From: Candidatus Woesearchaeota archaeon
Lineage (GTDB): Archaea; Nanobdellota; Nanobdellia; Pacearchaeales; GW2011-AR1
Direction of reading: 5' to 3'
Assembly: GCA_964408235.1 (NCBI GenBank)
Contig: CAYOYN010000002.1
Coordinates: 44,459-108,458 of the forward strand
DNA: 64,000 bases
The position numbers and the translations under genes were made by a program. This document shows positions 56,051-64,000 of this stretch, piece by piece. The notes beneath the pieces were generated by a model. That model did not search any database, was not told the origin of the DNA, and saw only the letters and a program-made list of their open reading frames with translations. Numbering within the stretch: the stretch's first letter is position 1; every line of letters begins with the position of its first letter.

Positions 56051-56350
56051 TTAGTTTATTATCAGAGTAAATGGAATATTTTTTACCTTTGAAAACTCTG
56101 TTTTTTCTATTATTCCTGCTTGGATTGCAGATTCTATTGATTCTTTTCCTACGATGTTAAATGTAGAGCTTGCTTTAAACTCATATCTCATTAAAGAAAT
56201 TACTTCACTTTTTTCCAATTTTTCTCCTTTATAGAATGATTCTGTTAGTTGTAGTTGTTTTATTCCTTCAACAAACTTCTTTCCTAAAAGATCTTCATCG
56301 CAAATAGCGACTACAGTTCTAGAAGATTTGTGGAGTTTTACCCACATCAT
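56051..56350 (-). CDS. DUF424-family archaeal protein
   Basis: 99 aa; VAICDEDLLGKKF...FYKGEK pattern typical of DUF424. Confidence 0.55.
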   Translation of the reverse strand: MMWVKLHKSSRTVVAICDEDLLGKKFVEGIKQLQLTESFYKGEKLEKSEVISLMRYEFKASSTFNIVGKESIESAIQAGIIEKTEFSKVKNIPFTLIIN

Positions 56351-56383
56351 ATTAAAAATATATAAAAAATTAAACTTTCTTGA

Positions 56384-56557
56384 TTACTTCAGCTTTGCTG
56401 CAGCGTCTTTGCCTACTACTTTCCAACATTCGTGTGTACCAGCAGGGGACTTTGCAACAATGAAGAATCTTCCGCTTCTTTCTACTAATTTATAGTCATC
56501 AGTACTAAATTTGTTTTTAGTCTTAACGTCGTAGAATTCTTGTTTCGGTTTAGCCAT
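56384..56557 (-). CDS. Small 57-aa basic protein of unknown function
   Basis: MAKPKQEFYDVKTKNKFSTDDYKLVERSGRFFIVAKSPAGTHECWKVVGKDAAAKLK. GGAGGT Shine-Dalgarno 7 nt upstream. Absent from the ORF track because it is under 60 aa. Confidence 0.4.
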   Translation of the reverse strand: MAKPKQEFYDVKTKNKFSTDDYKLVERSGRFFIVAKSPAGTHECWKVVGKDAAAKLK

Positions 56558-56611
56558 GTATAACCTCCATACCTCCTAAAATCAAGGCTATTTTAAATGT
56601 TTGCTCAATTC

Positions 56612-57022
56612 TTATAGGTTGTAACGTAATGGGGACTTGGCTCCACAAGCAAGGCAGTGCTTGAATTTAACTCCTTTTTCAGTTACTATTTCTGTGTCTG
56701 GTTTTTTACATTCTATGCAAATAACAAATTCTTTAACATATAGTTCTAATTTTTCATTTACCTTACTTGAATTTAACATTGTTTTTAATACTAATCTGTC
56801 TTTTTCTAATACTCCGGCTACCGCTAATTCTTTTTGAAGGAATTTTGCCAAATTTTCAACAGGTCTTCTTATATATGAAGCAATTTCATTAATATTTGTA
56901 ATAAATGTGTTTTTTCCAGATACTTGGCCTTTAACCTTTGGGACTTCAAACCTATCGGAAGAAGTTTGAACTACCTTTATTTTCTTATAGGCTGTATCAA
57001 GCATAGATTCATATGATTCCAT
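56612..57022 (-). CDS. eif2b: Translation initiation factor aIF-2 beta subunit
   Basis: C4 zinc ribbon (CIECKKPDT...CLACG) and the conserved N-terminal helices. Confidence 0.85.
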   Translation of the reverse strand: MESYESMLDTAYKKIKVVQTSSDRFEVPKVKGQVSGKNTFITNINEIASYIRRPVENLAKFLQKELAVAGVLEKDRLVLKTMLNSSKVNEKLELYVKEFVICIECKKPDTEIVTEKGVKFKHCLACGAKSPLRYNL

Positions 57023-57073
57023 TGAATTTGAACACTTATGAAGGTTTATAAATTTGATTTAATATCCTTTTAG

Positions 57074-57649
57074 ATGAAATTTAAGAACTTTATTTTGGGG
57101 CTTGGCATATTTATCGTATTTGCATTGTCTCTTTTTCAAGGACTTGAAACATTTTATCCTACTCCTCAATATGATGATTTCTGTGAATTTAGGTCTGGAC
57201 CTATTGTAACTAAACCTACTGAATGTACTAATAATCTCGAATTACAAAATAGGGCAGATCAATGCTGGCAGTCTAATGGAGAATTTGTTTACGAGTATGA
57301 TTCAAATGGTTGTGCTATTGATGGATATTGCGATGGTTGCAGAATAGATTATGAGGACGCTTTAGATGAACATTCTAAGTATGTTTTCATTATATCTATC
57401 GTTATAGGTATAATTGCTTTTATAGCTGGAATGGTCTTGCTTAAGACTGAACCAGTTGGAAGCGCTTTAATGGCTTCTGGAATTTGGTCAGTATTTTATG
57501 GAGTGGTGAAGAACTGGAGAAACTTTACAGATAGTTGGAGATTTTTGCTCTTATTTGTATTGCTAATAGTATTGATTTGGGTAGCATTAAGATTTAACAA
57601 AAAGAATGAAGGTTTTGTTTCTAAAATAAAACATAAGCTTAGAAGATAA
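57074..57649 (+). CDS. Hypothetical membrane protein with a Cys-rich extracytoplasmic segment
   Basis: Signal/anchor helix, 8 Cys within about 60 aa, then 2 TM helices. Confidence 0.4.
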   Translation: MKFKNFILGLGIFIVFALSLFQGLETFYPTPQYDDFCEFRSGPIVTKPTECTNNLELQNRADQCWQSNGEFVYEYDSNGCAIDGYCDGCRIDYEDALDEHSKYVFIISIVIGIIAFIAGMVLLKTEPVGSALMASGIWSVFYGVVKNWRNFTDSWRFLLLFVLLIVLIWVALRFNKKNEGFVSKIKHKLRR

Positions 57650-57712
57650 ATTAGTTTTATTTTATTCTTTTTTTAATGACCTATATTTTCCAAAAAATTA
57701 AATCTTGTTCTT

Positions 57713-58324
57713 TTATCCTAGATATCTAACTTTTCCTGGTCGAGGTTCGTATATTGCTCCTTCTTCTAAGAGTTTACGAATTTCTTGATTTATTGCTTCT
57801 GATTTTGCTTGAAGTTCTTCGGTTAGTTTTTTTATGTCTGCTCCACCATTTGCCTCTTCTCTTTTTATTATGTCGATTATTTTTTCCTTGATATCTGTTG
57901 ACTCTTTTCTATCCGATTCAGAGGGCTTATTCTTTTCATTCTCTAATTTTCTTAGAAGTAAGTACTCTGCTTGTTTTTTCTTTATTATTTCAGGAGTTAC
58001 ATAAATTTCCTTGTTCCACTCACGGATCATTCCTATAGCTAGAACTGTATCTCCTTGTTCGAATGATTTTAATTTTTCAATATCGTCTCCAAAAGTTTTT
58101 AATTTTATTTGGCCTGATGCATCATCTAGCGTAATTGAAGCGAACTTTTTTTCATCATCTTGAATAAATTTATCTACCACATTTGCAATCAGGTTTACTC
58201 TTGCAACATTTTTTCCATTTGTTTCTATAAATTTTAATTTCTCACCATCTGTAATTTGATTTCCTGCAAGTACATCTCCTATTTTTAGTTTAAACGCTGT
58301 GTGTCTTTTGAATTCTTCGGCCAT
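57713..58324 (-). CDS. OB-fold nucleic-acid-binding protein with a C-terminal winged helix (RPA2-like)
   Basis: Anticodon-type OB-fold pattern (VARVNLIANVV...ITLDDASGQIKL...GDTVLAIGMIREW) plus a C-terminal wH. Adjacent to mcm. Confidence 0.45.
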   Translation of the reverse strand: MAEEFKRHTAFKLKIGDVLAGNQITDGEKLKFIETNGKNVARVNLIANVVDKFIQDDEKKFASITLDDASGQIKLKTFGDDIEKLKSFEQGDTVLAIGMIREWNKEIYVTPEIIKKKQAEYLLLRKLENEKNKPSESDRKESTDIKEKIIDIIKREEANGGADIKKLTEELQAKSEAINQEIRKLLEEGAIYEPRPGKVRYLG

Positions 58325-58358
58325 TTTCTTTTTTATTTTGTTTGTTATTTAAGTTTTA

Positions 58359-60368
58359 TTATAGTTTCTGAATATAACCTGCTTTTGGTTTGAAAATATC
58401 TCCTGATTTAGAGAGTTGATTTATTGCATCTTCAATTTCTTCCTTTGTTAGCCTTTCTCCTATTTCTTTTTCTAATTCTATTGTAGGAATTAATTTGCCC
58501 ATTGATGCTTCTAACTTAGATATGGTATCTCTAACAACAATTATTTTATTTCTTTTTGAAGCGGGGATGCCTGTAGTTATTCTATCAACATCAAATGTTT
58601 GAGTCTCTTCGTCAAAACCTACTTGCATCATCGAATATTTTAATAGTTTTATTGCCCGTTTAGCGTCTTCTACTGCTACATAATTGCTTAATCTTATTTT
58701 AGCACAAGCTTCTGATAATCTAACTATTGCTTCTAATTGTCTTGCTGTAATTGGTATTGCCTTTACTTCTGAATTTCCAGATAGGGTTTTATTTCTTATA
58801 GAAATATAAAATTCTTTTATTTCTTCTGCAGCCTCATCTGTTAATTTAGGTTTTATTTTTCTTGCATGAGCTACATATTTTCTTAATAACATTGGAGGAA
58901 TTACATCTCTTTCAACTTGTTGTTTGTGCTCTTCTAGAACGTGAGAAGCGATTGCTTCATCTTGAGCCCTATTTGGCATATCCCTCAGTACAAAAATTAC
59001 ATCAAAACGTGAAAGTAGTGCTGGTGAAATATTAATTTGTTGAGGGATAGGAATTACTGGATCAAATCTTCCTAGCTTTGGGTTACCTGCTGCAAGAACT
59101 GAAGTTTCTGAACGTAATGTTGCTTGAATATTTGCTTTAGAGATTGTAACGGTCTGCTGTTCCATGGATTCATGCATAGTTGATCTATCGTGTTCATCCA
59201 TTTTTTCTATTTCGTCTATACACACAGTTCCTTTATTTGAAAGAACCATTGCTCCTGCTTCTAATGACCAACCCTTTAGGAATTCATCCTTTACAACTGC
59301 TGCAGTAAGTCCGGCTCCAGTTGCAGCTTTTCCTGAAACATAACGTCCTTTAGGAGCAATTCTTGAAACAAATTTTAGAGTTACTGATTTCGCTACTCCG
59401 GGATCTCCCACTAAAAGAACATGAATGTCTCCTCTTGTATTTCCGCCATCAGAACGTTTTTTCTTGACCCCTGAGAAAAGTTGTAATAGTATAGCTTCTT
59501 TTACTTCTTTAAAACCGTAAACACTTGGAGCGATACTGGCTGTTAGGCGTTCAAATGCTTGAGGATCTGAAGATATTTTTTTTATTTCAAGTTCATCTTT
59601 TTCATTTACTTCTAGATCGTCAAATGTTTCTTCTAAAGGGATTGCATTATTTGCTTCAATTGCCAGGTCAAATCTTGTAGATATTGAACCTTGTTGAAGA
59701 GGAACTGGAACTTCTTTTAATACTCCTATGATTTTTACTTTACTTCCAGGGGTTGTTCTATCTTCCATTTTTGGATCTACTAGGTCTTCTTTAAGAAATA
59801 CGTTCATTCTTCTTGGTTGTTCTCCTCCTTCTAAAGAGTCTGGAGATTCTTCAATAACTAATCTTTGGGCGTCAACCATTTCTTTAGATAATAATTTGAA
59901 TAAACCTTTACGTCCACAAGAACACCTTGAAGGTTCACGAAATTTTCTATCTATCTGTAAGACTGATAGAATGGCTCCGCAAGTAGGACACTCAAATCTT
60001 GCGTTTACTACTTGAGGTCTTACGTCTGAAGCTTGTCGGACTATCCCTTCTATAGTTATGAATTGATCCAGGTGTTTTGCTCTAATTTCTTTTATTTTTA
60101 TTTTTACTGAATCTGGAAGTGATGTAAATCTTATTCTTGGAGGTTTTGGTAAAAAACCTTGTTCTTCTAAACATATCTCTAAAAGGGCAATTATTTCTTC
60201 AGGAGTTTCTACAAGTTTTTCAGAAAGCATTGGAGAAAATTTAGATAATTGATGGAAATCTAATGGAACTACCTGATCATTTTTTACAGATCTAATTATG
60301 TCTTTTTTATTATTTTGGAAGAATTCTTTTGCTTCTTTTTCAAATTCTTGTTTCTTTCCAAGCTCCAT
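58359..60368 (-). CDS. mcm: MCM replicative helicase
   Basis: Zn finger (CPTCG...CSCG), Walker A motif GDPGVAKS, Walker B motif CIDEIEKM, the arginine-finger region, and a C-terminal wH. Confidence 0.9.
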   Translation of the reverse strand: MELGKKQEFEKEAKEFFQNNKKDIIRSVKNDQVVPLDFHQLSKFSPMLSEKLVETPEEIIALLEICLEEQGFLPKPPRIRFTSLPDSVKIKIKEIRAKHLDQFITIEGIVRQASDVRPQVVNARFECPTCGAILSVLQIDRKFREPSRCSCGRKGLFKLLSKEMVDAQRLVIEESPDSLEGGEQPRRMNVFLKEDLVDPKMEDRTTPGSKVKIIGVLKEVPVPLQQGSISTRFDLAIEANNAIPLEETFDDLEVNEKDELEIKKISSDPQAFERLTASIAPSVYGFKEVKEAILLQLFSGVKKKRSDGGNTRGDIHVLLVGDPGVAKSVTLKFVSRIAPKGRYVSGKAATGAGLTAAVVKDEFLKGWSLEAGAMVLSNKGTVCIDEIEKMDEHDRSTMHESMEQQTVTISKANIQATLRSETSVLAAGNPKLGRFDPVIPIPQQINISPALLSRFDVIFVLRDMPNRAQDEAIASHVLEEHKQQVERDVIPPMLLRKYVAHARKIKPKLTDEAAEEIKEFYISIRNKTLSGNSEVKAIPITARQLEAIVRLSEACAKIRLSNYVAVEDAKRAIKLLKYSMMQVGFDEETQTFDVDRITTGIPASKRNKIIVVRDTISKLEASMGKLIPTIELEKEIGERLTKEEIEDAINQLSKSGDIFKPKAGYIQKL

Positions 60369-60477
60369 TGAAAAGAATGGTTATGTTTGCTTTATATGAT
60401 TTATTGCATTTATTTGGATGGTTGTTTTGAACATGCATTCTCAATAAGCTTATAAAACTGATAATTTAGCTCTATCG

Positions 60478-62523
60478 ATGAAACTCAAGTTATTGTTAAT
60501 CTCTATTTTTTTTATTTTTTCCTCTCTATTAGTTAGTGCTCAAAATTTAGTTCCCGGGACAGGATGGACTGGAGTGACTGCTGTTCCTTCTGCTAATGGT
60601 TTTTCAGGACAGTACGGTTATGATGCTAATGTTATTGCTCACTGGGATCATGTGCCTTATCAAGATGCAGAAGGCACAATTAATCTTGGAATACTTGCAT
60701 ATCATATTAGTGGAATACAAAAAGTTTCATTTAGCGTCAATAACGGGCCATGGGTTGATGTTACATCTCCTAGTTTGAATCCTGAAACTGGCGTGGACGA
60801 ATACTGGGTAGTTCTTAACGAAAACTCTTTCCCAACTAACTTTGCAGGTAATGTTGAAGTTAGAGCAATCGCTTACCCAAATGTTGGGGCCCCAAAGGTT
60901 TTGCAAGGTACCTCTGTAATAAGACATAATAACTCAATGATTGTCAGTGTTGATAGGGCTGGCACCCTTCCAGATAATATAGCTTACGTTACAGTTGGTG
61001 GAAATGATGGAAATAATTGTTTGACTCCAGCTACATCTTGTGCAACTATTACTCGTGCAATGAATGCTATTGCTATTGCTGGAAATCTTGATGGTGCGGA
61101 AGTTAGATTGGGAGAAGGGGCTTGGACCTTACCTAGTAGCTCAGGCTTTAGTACTCCTACTAGATGGTTTACAATTACATCAATTACGGGCACAAATAGG
61201 GATAACGTAATAATTAACAGTTATGCTTCCGGTGCTGCTACATCTAAGTATAAACTTTCAAGGCTTTCTCTTTTGAGAGGGTCTAATCTTTATTATCCAA
61301 TGGGGGAAATTTGGATAGATAATTCTAAGATTTACAAACCAACTGCTTGGACTTGCGCAGATGGAAGTTACGAAGGTGGAGATATGTTAGGTTATGCTGG
61401 ACCAGAGGGCGGAAATGAATACCATGCTTATTACACTGATGTTTACATTAATAATGTTGGACACGGACCTTCCAACTTAATTTTAGGGAGAAATATTACT
61501 GCAGAGGTAACTAATGATGCACATGCTTCTGGAACTATTACTTTGATAAATTATTGGATAAAAAATGTTATCCAAAACTGCGGAGCTCATGCAGATTATT
61601 ATCAATTTTATGCAAACTATGATGATATCATAATTAAAGGCGGGGGGAATATTCAAGGAGGAAATCCGGTGACTAGAGGGTTGGCTACTAGCTCAGGAGG
61701 TTTAATTGATGTTGCAATAGATGGAATTAATTTGAGTTGGAACGGTTGGGTATTTTCTATTTGTGGTCCAAATGTAAGAAATATTATTCTCAAAAATTCT
61801 TACTTTAGTGGTTCTGGAAATTGGTGTGGCGAATCTCCTACTCCTGTTGCTTCATTTAATGCTATGAACATGGCTAATGTTTTAATTAAAGATAGTACTT
61901 TTAATTTTGGAAATCCTTACAATTTACCTCTTAATCTTATAACTTTACAACCTATCCCATCTCCGACTGTGACTTATGTTAATGGTAGTTCTCCTATTTG
62001 TTCTAACGGGGCGATTCAATTTTGTTCTTTACAACAAGGTGTTTGTTCCGGATCTCAACAGGTATGTACTGGAAATAATTGGCCTGGTTGCAATTATGCT
62101 TCTATTTCTAACTATCAATCTTCTGAAAGTTCTTGTGATTCTCTAGATAATGATTGTGACGGGGTTATTGATGAGGGCTGTCAAGTGGAGAATAATACTA
62201 CCCAAACTCAAGTTAGTTCATCATCTGGAAGTTCTTCTGGGGGATCCTCAGGATCTTCAGGGGGAAGTGGTGGTTCTTCAAGTAGTTCTTCTCAAACTAG
62301 TGGTCAAACTAAAACAATTTCCAATTCATCTAGTAGTGGAGCTTTAGAAGGAGAAGATTTGGGAGATAATTTAAACTTAGAATCCGATAATTTAGAAGCT
62401 CAACCAGAAGAAGAAAAATTTTCTAAATTTTTCTGGTTTGTTTTATCTGGTTTAATATTCTTTATCCTTTTAGTGGTTATTATATCTTTAAGATATCTTA
62501 AGAAAATAAATATGTATTCTTAA
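60478..62523 (+). CDS. Secreted surface protein: beta-helix-like repeats, MopE-like Cys motif, Ser/Gly stalk, C-terminal TM anchor
   Basis: Signal peptide; parallel beta-helix-like repeats; CDSLDNDCDGVIDEGC; SSSGSSSGGSSGSSGGSGG linker; terminal hydrophobic helix. Confidence 0.55.
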   Translation: MKLKLLLISIFFIFSSLLVSAQNLVPGTGWTGVTAVPSANGFSGQYGYDANVIAHWDHVPYQDAEGTINLGILAYHISGIQKVSFSVNNGPWVDVTSPSLNPETGVDEYWVVLNENSFPTNFAGNVEVRAIAYPNVGAPKVLQGTSVIRHNNSMIVSVDRAGTLPDNIAYVTVGGNDGNNCLTPATSCATITRAMNAIAIAGNLDGAEVRLGEGAWTLPSSSGFSTPTRWFTITSITGTNRDNVIINSYASGAATSKYKLSRLSLLRGSNLYYPMGEIWIDNSKIYKPTAWTCADGSYEGGDMLGYAGPEGGNEYHAYYTDVYINNVGHGPSNLILGRNITAEVTNDAHASGTITLINYWIKNVIQNCGAHADYYQFYANYDDIIIKGGGNIQGGNPVTRGLATSSGGLIDVAIDGINLSWNGWVFSICGPNVRNIILKNSYFSGSGNWCGESPTPVASFNAMNMANVLIKDSTFNFGNPYNLPLNLITLQPIPSPTVTYVNGSSPICSNGAIQFCSLQQGVCSGSQQVCTGNNWPGCNYASISNYQSSESSCDSLDNDCDGVIDEGCQVENNTTQTQVSSSSGSSSGGSSGSSGGSGGSSSSSSQTSGQTKTISNSSSSGALEGEDLGDNLNLESDNLEAQPEEEKFSKFFWFVLSGLIFFILLVVIISLRYLKKINMYS

Positions 62524-62568
62524 TTCAACAACCTTTATAAATCAACTTTTCGTCTCTATTTTGTAATG

Positions 62569-64000
62569 AAGAAGGGATTTTTCTTATTCGTAGTAATTGC
62601 TTTTGCAGTACTTTCTGGTTTTGTTTTTTATTTAGACTCTTATCTTGATTGTGGTTCTGTTGTTTGCCTTAAAAATTATATTACTGGAAACGTTGTTTAT
62701 GAAGAACAAGTATTACCTGTTACTGGAAATGTTATTGTTACTCCTGAAAATCAAAATTCCCTTGGAGGAATTTTTGAAAACTTAATTGAAACAATAATAA
62801 GTCCTTTTACTGGGGGATCAGGAGGTTCTGAATCTGATGGTTCTGTACTACTAGGTCCAAGTCATGTATTAACTCCTGGAACAGGATGGGCTGGGTCCAC
62901 ATCTACTCCCCCTGCTGTTGGTAATTCAGGGATTGCAGGATATGATGCTAATGTTGTTGCTCACTGGGACGAAGTTCCATTTAGAGATATTTCTACTACT
63001 GAAAATGTAGGGGTTCTTGCTTATCATATTAATGGTATAGAAAAAGTTTCATTTAGCGTCAATAACGGGCCATGGGTTGATGTTACTCAAAAAACTATAA
63101 ATCCTGAAACTGGTGTTGAAGAATATTGGGCGGTTTTGAATCCTGCTTCTTTTGATCCTAATGTTGTTGCGGAAGTTAGAGCAATAGTTTATCCTTTAAC
63201 TGCCGGGCAACCTAAAGTTCTGCAGGGAACTTCACCTATTGACCAAGATAGTTCTATGATATTCAATGTCAATCCTCCTGCAAAAGCAGTTAGATATGTT
63301 TCAACAAATGGAAATGATGGAAATAATTGTCTAACTAGCGGAACTGCTTGTCAAACTATTACTAGGGGAATTAATAGCATAGGTTCAAATCTTAATGGCG
63401 GAGAACTCAGACTCGGAGAGGGAACTTGGAGCTTAAATTCTGTTTCAGGAGTAAGCACTACAAATAGATGGTTTACATTTACTTCTTCGGAAAATGCAAA
63501 TCCTAACAATGTTATAGTTAGTCCTAGAAGTCCTGCAGTTCCTTCAAGTGGTACTGGATTTTATGTAAGGAATTTTAGAATCTTCAACTTAACTTTAATC
63601 GGTGTTCCAGTTGATCCAGGTGTTGAGTCTTATGTATGGATGGATAAAGTTAGAGCTACTTATTTTGGAGATGTAATCCCTACTGGAAGTTATAGTGCAC
63701 AAACTCCTGGCGGTCTTTGTTACCCTGGTGAATGGTATGGAGGTTATGGAAGTAGTCCAAGAGAAGGTTATATGACTGATTCTTACATAAATAACTCTTG
63801 TAGTTCTGCTTATGAGTTTACATTTATTAGGAATGTTTTTTCTGAAAGGACTGGATTTGGGTGGGGCGGGAGTTATACTACAATAAATTATACTGTTCAG
63901 AATATTGTTGGTAGTCTTGCGCCTGTTGGAGGTCCTGACTATCACGGAGATGTATTTCCTAGACAGCACGGCGATGGTATAATCTATGGTGGAGGAACTG
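62569..64000 (+). CDS. Paralog of the preceding surface protein; 5'-partial view, continues past the window end
   Basis: Open frame from ATG 62569 to 64000 with no stop. Shares the GTGW.G...GYDANV.AHWD.VP...LAYHI.GI.KVSFSVNNGPWVDVT...NPETGV.EYW module, including a 46-nt identical DNA stretch (60719-60764 = 63041-63086). Confidence 0.55.

Noticed and set aside
29372-63969. Remaining embedded ORFs, including 29372-29587, 34845-35188, 36056-36241, 41734-41931, 43231-43413, 44207-44416, 46752-46940, 47555-47749, 48376-48698, 49619-49915, 51670-52371, 53044-53274, 55692-55933, 56637-56837, 59728-60015, 60596-61193, 62150-62347 and 63595-63969.
   Set aside because: Shadow ORFs inside real genes. 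The 48376-48698 pair is produced by the tandem DNA repeats. 63595-63969 lies antisense to the open-ended surface-protein paralog.
1-64000. CRISPR arrays, cas genes, restriction-modification, toxin-antitoxin or other recognisable defence operons.
   Set aside because: No regularly spaced direct repeats of 24-40 bp. No nuclease, methyltransferase, SIR2, TIR or similar domains recognised in any ORF.

Overview
AT-rich (~30% GC), densely coding archaeal chromosomal segment. The gene content looks like a small-genome, DPANN-like archaeon: many short Lys/Asn/Ile-rich proteins and a reduced, partly bacterial-type aminoacyl-tRNA synthetase set. All calls rest on recognised protein motifs and hand-folded tRNA cloverleaves; nothing was searched against a database.

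Most of the window is core information processing. It holds five tRNAs: Arg-TCT, Cys-GCA, Met-CAT, Arg-TCG and Asn-GTT. The synthetases present are GlyRS, LeuRS, ProRS, AspRS and a truncated bacterial-type AlaRS. The amidotransferase subunits GatA, GatB, GatD and a short GatE are all present. Transcription genes are TFE, TBP and RpoL; replication and repair genes are MCM, an RPA-like OB-fold protein, ATP-dependent DNA ligase, RadB, and an NreA-like protein that ends in a PIP box. Translation-related genes are aIF-1A, aIF-2 beta, a Dim2-like KH protein, S17e, EndA and deoxyhypusine synthase; FtsZ and ScpB are also present. The remaining genes are envelope or secreted functions (UppP, UppS, GT2, GT4, rhomboid, an S8 protease, several N-glycosylation-rich surface proteins) and small hypotheticals.

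I found no CRISPR array, integrase, transposase or recognisable defence operon.

The signals most worth a second look:
- Three of the five tRNA genes are each followed, 11-98 bp downstream, by a direct copy of their own last 13-20 nt. This resembles an att-site scar with no element left between the copies.
- A ~4 kb Arg-rich, compositionally atypical block (a GT4 glycosyltransferase inside gatD-gatE, then a FabH-like KAS III) looks horizontally acquired.
- A membrane-tethered ArsR-type HTH protein carries a large extracellular beta-propeller-like domain and sits divergently from an S8 protease.
- A secreted protein is built from ~7 degenerate FPG(R/N)P-x-DT...KHN repeats encoded by tandem DNA repeats.
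- Two tandem paralogous surface proteins (the second runs off the window) share a 46-nt identical stretch; the first carries a MopE-like CDxxDNDCDGxIDEGC motif.
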